The notes beneath the pieces were generated by a model that was not told the origin of the DNA, searched no databases, and was given only the letters and a program-made list of their open reading frames with translations. Below are positions 55,645 through 62,192 of a stretch of DNA of 62,192 bases, piece after piece. Position 1 is the stretch's first letter, and the number at the start of each line of letters is the position of its first letter. Position numbers and translations under genes: made by a program. Source of the DNA: Dimargaris cristalligena (Eukaryota); assembly GCA_003614675.1 (NCBI GenBank), contig ML002239.1, positions 1 to 62,192 of the forward strand, read 5' to 3'.

Positions 55645-56379
55645 GGTGACTGGGAATCGGTCCGTTTAGAATTGCTAGGAGGGACCAACGCACTGTCCGG
55701 AAAAAACGGCTATGAATGGACAGGAACAGCAAAAATGGGAAATGGCTTGGTACACGACCGGTTTTTACGAGTTGGAAAGGGAAAAGGAGAAGAGGGTGTT
55801 GTATGCGACCAACTACTGTCACTAAGGGAAGGGGGCACTGCATATAGGGGGGTGAAAAAAAAGGGGAGTAATTAGTGTGACGGTGAATAGGAGACGGCGG
55901 GCAAGGCCAATTTGGAGATGCAGTGGTAACTTAATCACCCCAGACAAAGGGTGGTGTGAAAGTTCCAGTAGGCCATATACCTCCTATAGTTCCCAAAGCC
56001 TCTACCAACAGGCTGACTATGTATATATTCATAATATAATGTGGGGAATACGCCCAGCATTGTTGATAAACCATTTGGATATATGGTAATATTCTCCCAT
56101 CCTCCATCCCATCCCAACCATATATTATACTTGGTTAATAGGTGAGGAAACAGTTAGTGCGTAAGGGATGATGTCTTCATAAATGGACGCACCATATCTT
56201 AAAATACGCCACGTAAAGAACTATAGGTTACTCTTATATGTAACACGTACTGTGGGGGCATGGCAGGAACTACTTAGGTGGATGAAAACTGACAATGCCA
56301 TGAGTTATGTAACCAAGCCCAGTGAACTACATAAAGGTACTGACAGATATTAGGTTATTGGGTCTAAAATATGCTCGAT

Positions 56380-58410
56380 AAACCAAATATTTAAGTAATA
56401 TATTGTAAAGGGGTCAATTTGCACACTGTTGTGTGGATAGTGGTACTTTCACCTTAATCTACTACATTAATAACTGACCACTTTCCCTTCTTGGCTGGAA
56501 ATAATATTGAAAATCCTGCCCTTGTTAAGCTAAGAATGTGTATTGTTGTGATAAGTGTCCTGAACAAATCCTTGCAGGTCTACTGTGGTTTTTTCCAGTT
56601 AAATTGAGCAAGGTCCCAGTTATGGTATGTACTTTCTAATCAATAATACCTTGACAAAGTCCAGTTAAATTAAACCACAAAGAGCTGTACACTCTCCTTA
56701 GCTATGCATGGACCTAATGTAACTAATGTAACAATACAGATGGAGCCATAGAATAATCAGGTCAAAACATTAAAGCCTGGACAACTCCAGAGCTTTGAAC
56801 CAAATACATAAATAAATAAAAATGACCAGTCTTTGTTTTTACCTCCTCTTACAAAATACATATCCATTATTTAACTGTAAGTAAATGTCACATTATAGCC
56901 TAATAAAGACATTTTGGAACTATACTTACTAAACCACCTTCACATAGTAGTGGCCCATAAATATTTTTTACTAAAGTCAATGTTCCTATACAATTGAAAT
57001 AGTCAGTTAAAAGCATAAACCATTAAGAAAAGACTGGTTTATCTCATAAAGGCATGTTAATAGTAATGTACTTCTGTAGTTAAAAGCTAATGATATGGGC
57101 ATATTGCTAGAGCAGATAATAATATTACCAGCACTGAAGTCCAATTAAGGGAATACTGGTGATTTCTAAATGAAGTACTATTTATAGTAGTGAGAGTGCC
57201 TATAAAATGGCTCTAATAAAATAGTCCTATATATGGTGTTGCCCAGGTTAACCACTCTTAGTCCATTAAGAGTGCTGAGGATAGGCTTCTAATAGAAGAT
57301 GGGGCCCAGGATCAGCCAAGTGGGTCTTAGCATTAGGTTGGGGGCATGGTACTAATTAATAAAGGCTAAGTGCAGGTATATGCAAGGGATGTGCAGTGGG
57401 TACACTTACTAGTTAGTCTAAAGGGAGTGAGTATATATAGAGTTTATTGGGGGTAAAACTAAGGGGCAGAATAAGCTAAGGGAATCTAACTAGACCCAAT
57501 GGGGCCTGGTTATATATATGTGGGGGATAACTCCAGAGGGAGGTCCTGAAGGAGGATACTACTAAGACTAAGGTATACTAAATAATCCAACCAAATGGTT
57601 GTGGGGGTCTGGAAGACTTAGGTAGTAACTGGAAGAGTCATCAGATCAGCACCGGAGTGAGTGGTGTGAACCTAAGAGTCTGGAAGGGGGATGGTTATGT
57701 TGAATAGGGTAATCCCATAGTACTAGGGGTGACCATGGGAAGTTACATAGGGTACTATATGGCCTAGTCAGGACAGATGATTGTTACACCTGGATTAAGT
57801 CAGATTAGAAGGTGTCATGACTGGCTAATTTGAACTATAAGAATAACCAGCCATATAAGTAAAAACCCATACCAATAGATGGGTAAATTAACATTTAACA
57901 TCATAGAAATATATCCCCATTATCCTACTGTATTTTATTTCCATTACTATATTCCCTGTATTATCTAGTTACTGATTTATATTCATTAGTCATCATTATT
58001 CTTCCCCTGCCCCTTGAGTTTAGATATAACCCCAACTGTTTCCCCACAGCTTACAACTTCTCTTTTGTTTTGTCTTATTCTGATATTTATCCTAATAAAC
58101 TTATTCCTGTCCATCCTGTGGTATCTGGCCTTAATACCAGCCTATCATAACAGAAGGGCTGATAATATCTAAGGCCACTGGTAATAACCAAAGCTAGGAA
58201 CTGAAAAATATATATAAAATAATGAAATATTAAAATAAACAGTGATATAAGTTATCAGTAATCATACCAACAGCATAGTAAATTTAGCTGGATTTATTGC
58301 TATTGATTGATATATATTGAAAATATTGCAAGAAATTTAATATAAAATGAAAAGGATATGATGGATAATTAGTTTTATGTGATAAAATGGGAATATATGA
58401 TTGATAAAAC
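56380..58410. other. CpG-depleted, ORF-less island (probable methylated and decayed transposon relic)
   Basis: By eye, one CG dinucleotide (~57653) in ~2 kb, while the flanks have frequent CG. No ORF of 60 aa or more in the track. Confidence 0.7.
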
Positions 58411-58731
58411 TGCGGTTTATAGAGATAAATAGTTTATAACCAGTAAAGAAATCAGTTAATTATTTAACCTTTTCAGCTACCTGTACTCTGCAGTACCACA
58501 TATGCTATGAGTAAAAATAAAGGATATATAAATTGTGGAATGCAAAAATAAATGTTAATAAATAGGAGCACCTATTCAATTATAAAGTAGTGTATATTTA
58601 ACCTAATAAACTATTATAAAAAAATAACTTAAAGTAGTCTCTATAGAGGAGTTAAATTATACATCATCTATTCTTCAAATCTTGAATTTTATTTTTTTGA
58701 CAAAATGGGAATCGGAAAATCCTTATATGTA

Positions 58732-58804
58732 GCCCGGTTAGCTCAATCGGTAGAGCGTGAGACTCTTAATCTCAAGGTTGCGGGTTCGACCCCCGCATTG
58801 GGCT
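58732..58804 (+). tRNA. tRNA-Lys (anticodon CTT)
   Basis: 73-nt cloverleaf GCCCGGTTAGCTCAATCGGTAGAGCG-TGAGA-CT-CTT-AA-TCTCA...GGTTCGACCC...TTGGGC-T, followed by TTTT. Confidence 0.96.
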
Positions 58805-60581
58805 TCTACTTTTCCACTTTTGATGCTGATGTTTATTTTTCGAGTTAATTTGACCCATTCTTTATTATTGTAATTGTATATTTACTCACGCCAATGCATT
58901 GGCAACCAATTTTTGTACGATCTTATACTGGCCGTTTACATCAATCGTTTTTGGCATGCAGTAGACATTACCCATATACTACATTAGTTGTCAGTTATAT
59001 TCTTGGTGACCATAGGTTTTGCCGCAGTTTGAATGAAAAAAAATCGGATTTGGTATTAGTGCATGGGGATGTTTATGTTGGATTAGCCAGGCTAACCCCC
59101 CCCTGGTCAACTGCGTACTACGGCATAACCGAATTAGCCGGGGGGGAGAGCAGTGCAGTTTCATATTGCCATACCTCTGAAAATTAATTGAGCCATTCTT
59201 ATGCTTATCCCAATATCCAGTGGCCACAGTTCATCCAGGATAGATTGGTTGTATGGCTCTAGTTGTAGATGCTTCTTATACCTTGGTATTTCTGTAGTTT
59301 GCCAATAGGTAAATAACAAGACGCTGAAGAGAAACGCGCTGTCTTTCCCCAGGCATTATTGAGCTACCCCCCTCCACCTGACTGGGCTAATTACCATTCC
59401 CCCCTTATTCAACAGCATCTTGCCCCAGGGTATTTCTCTATCAACTCATTAAGTTAGCCGTTACAATATACTTTGAACCCGAATATGCCACGGCCATAGT
59501 AACCGGAATGGTACAGATATTACATTTCTTTCGCGATAGCCATTAGCATATGTGGTCAAGGGACCTTATCGGTAGATATCAGTGGAGTGGCTCGGACAGA
59601 CCTATTGTTCGTTTGGGATGTATGCAGATGAGAGGATCACCTTGGCCAACGTAGTCCCCGCCTAGAAAGAGGGATATGCTGTGCCTTCTTTGCTAATATT
59701 TTTCCCCTGACAGAGTCCAAGAGCTGTGGACAACTGACAGTCTGTGGCTTATTTGGCGAATTCCCAGCAAGTTGAAGTAATGCGAAGAGAAAGATGGACT
59801 GCTAGTGGAGTTGGACCCCTTAAGGGGCGCCAGCCTAAGCAAGAGTTGCTCCCGAGGCTCGTATGTTTATCATAGACCTTGTAGTACTAATAAAGGAATA
59901 TGGTTGTCCATTGGATTAGATTGACCTAGTTCATCCCTCCTACCTGACCTACGTGACTCAGCTGGTCTATTATTTATACCAAATTATCGTCCTCCCCTCT
60001 TATCGAGCGCATAAACACATTACCAGCGTGTATGCATGTGTCCACTCCCAAGCCAAATGTTATTATATAAGATACAGATGGCGTGCTTATAACAACAGGT
60101 CCTTCCTTCCTTTCTCTCTCCCTTGGTCCTTGCGTCCTTCTAATTTACGGCCTTTTCACTTATCTCCCGCGTCCTTTAGAAGCCCCCCTCTCTTGTACTT
60201 TGCCCGTTAAACTATTATTTGTGTTTTAATATTTTAGATAACCCGGTCCGTCAGTTACGGTCCTTTGTGCTCACCTCCTCGTTTTATTAGGCTGCCCGGC
60301 ATCGGCCACAGCCCATTGCTGCCCATTTAGTTTACCCTCCGTTGCCTGCTTCTAACTTTACTCAGTACCGTTTCCTGTGTTTGCTCACATTCTTATTTTA
60401 TTACTCTATATGCTCATATCTCCCTCTTTCCATGTAAACTACATTTGCCGTTTTCTTTCACTATTAGCTATACCATAAATCTCTTCCAACCCCATTGCCC
60501 GCATTACCCGAGCCTTGCCCTGGGCCGTTAATCTTACTTGTGGTTTATTGCTTCGTCACCCGGTCAATACTGGACAAGCCA

Positions 60582-60674
60582 ACCCATTCCCGGCTCTCTA
60601 CGCATTAGCCCATTCCCGGCTCTTTACTCACTTATTTACCCATTCGCAGCTCTCTACTCATTAGCCCATTCTCC
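60582..60674 (+). repeat. Imperfect ~25-30-bp tandem repeat (~3.5 units) upstream of ATG13
   Basis: Unit cccattcccggctctctac(g/t)catta repeated with substitutions. Confidence 0.8.
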
Positions 60675-60767
60675 GACGTCAGGCGTGTGGTACCTGGTTA
60701 GCTTTCAACTGTTCGTTCATTACCTTTTGCGATCGGCGACCTGCTCCGGCAACGGTGTACTGCGAGG

Positions 60768-62192
60768 ATGAGCCGCCCGCCGACCGGTTCGCCCCAGCTA
60801 CCCAGCCTTACTCTTACGGCTTCGAATGCCACGGATGGCCCTACTTCCGCCTCGACCGCCAGAGTCAGCCGCGATGAGCAAATCGTCCAGAATTTCGTTT
60901 CCAAATTCGCTCAGCTAGTGGTTCAGACCCGTTGGAGTACAGGTAGCGCATCCCAAGCGTCTTCACCCACAAGCCCAGACAGGCTCATTACCTCCCCCCG
61001 GACCAATAAATGGGTAAGTCATTATAATACAGCTAAATTCCGCCCTATTACTTGGTATTCCTTGAACCGTTGGTCCATTACAGACTAGTCGGTCTAGTCA
61101 GTCAGTGTCGTAGACCCCTCTACTCAATTCTTCATGATAACCTCTAACGATATACCATATATATATATTCTCGGGCAACTCTGCGGTTTATGTCCCAATA
61201 GTTCAATTTAGAGACTGAGGACCTCGAATCGGTCCGGTCCGATATCAAGTACTGGCGGGCCGCTGTATTATTATCAACCCCTCCCCCACCCCTGATACTG
61301 GAAGTGTATCTGGATGTAGCTCACCTGGTTCCACACCAGAATTTAGTGGTTACTGACGAGCGGCTTCGTCGCTGGACGGTCGACCTCCAACTACCCCTGA
61401 ACGATAGCCATTCCAGTCTCAACTCCCAGTATTCCCAATTTCCCTCACCCGATCACCGAAGTGGAGTTCGGCGCTATACCTCGGTGCTCCTCGAAACCTG
61501 GCAGCTCCAGCTCAGCCACCCCGTTCCCTACCCACCCCCCGAGCTACCAACCATTTACCAAAAGTGCATCGTATTCTTCCGGGGGCTCTTCACAATGGCT
61601 CGGCTACTTCCCGCCTACCGGTTGACCCAGCGCCTCCGCCAATCAACCCCATCTCCTATTCTTAGGCTAGGCTACCGATTCAACACTTCTCCCACGACAC
61701 CATCCCAGGAAATTAAAATGGACACGAGTCTGACCGGCGCCGTCAACACTACTTCGCATTACTGCTTCGACCCTCTGGCCACCTCCCTTGGCACATTCAA
61801 CGCCAGCGTCACCTACCGAAGTGGCTGTAGTTTCCACGTGGAAGGCCCCGACCATCTGATTGATTCCGAAACTAACCCCTACTTTTCACCAACCCTTGCC
61901 CAACCGGGGGCTGACTCCACCACGTTCCATACCCCATTTAAGATTCCCACACCGGCCTCAGCGGTTGCTACCGCCACAGCCAACCCCGCTGCTCCCGGAT
62001 ATCGGGATAATCTACACCAGTCGCCTGGACTGATGCCACTCCACCGACGAACAGCCAGTACCCAGTCGAACCGGACCGTGTATAGTTCGTCGACAATGGG
62101 GCCCGGGGTCGAGAATGGCCCCCTGTCGTCACTTCACCGGCGTTCATCCACGTCATCCCGGCCCATCTCAGGAGGATATGCCGCACCTGCAT
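60768..62192 (+). CDS. ATG13: Autophagy protein Atg13 (HORMA domain), 3'-partial
   Basis: Exons 60768-61013 and 61202 to the window end. Motifs QIVQNFVSKFAQLVVQTR, NKWFNLE, PPPLILEVYLD, VLLETWQL, ELPTIYQKCIVFFRGLFTMARLLPAYRL, then a Ser/Pro/Thr-rich tail. Confidence 0.93.

Noticed and set aside
56400-56440. Helitron Rep motif remnant (RG...H..VW)
   Set aside because: It needs frame changes and the spacing does not fit, so the CpG-free relic remains unidentified.

Overview
Intron-rich fungal genomic DNA. The gene set and splice signals suggest an early-diverging lineage such as Zoopagomycota, but that assignment is an inference. I spliced these genes by eye: a CsbD/Hmp1-like protein, a Yra1/ALYREF-like RRM protein, PMP3, SMC3 (10 exons, 1199 aa), GET4, a minimal VOA1/Ac45-like membrane protein, a SAP-domain TKL kinase, ALO1/GULO and the 5' part of ATG13, plus tRNA-Ala(CGC) and tRNA-Lys(CTT). 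The best candidate for novelty is missing from the ORF track. It is a 72-aa, very acidic ubiquitin-fold protein ending in YY with no di-Gly, encoded by four micro-exons (37001-40199) behind a ~1-kb ATG-free leader in a ~20-kb region with no other recognisable gene. Other notable items: the kinase has a WNK-style relocated lysine; a signal-peptide plus zinc-finger ORF is split by one in-frame TAG; a solo-LTR family has two copies forming a perfect 382-bp inverted repeat with a split target-site duplication, which implies an inversion; a ~137-bp MITE family has 4-bp TSDs (7 copies); and a ~2-kb island is almost free of CpG.
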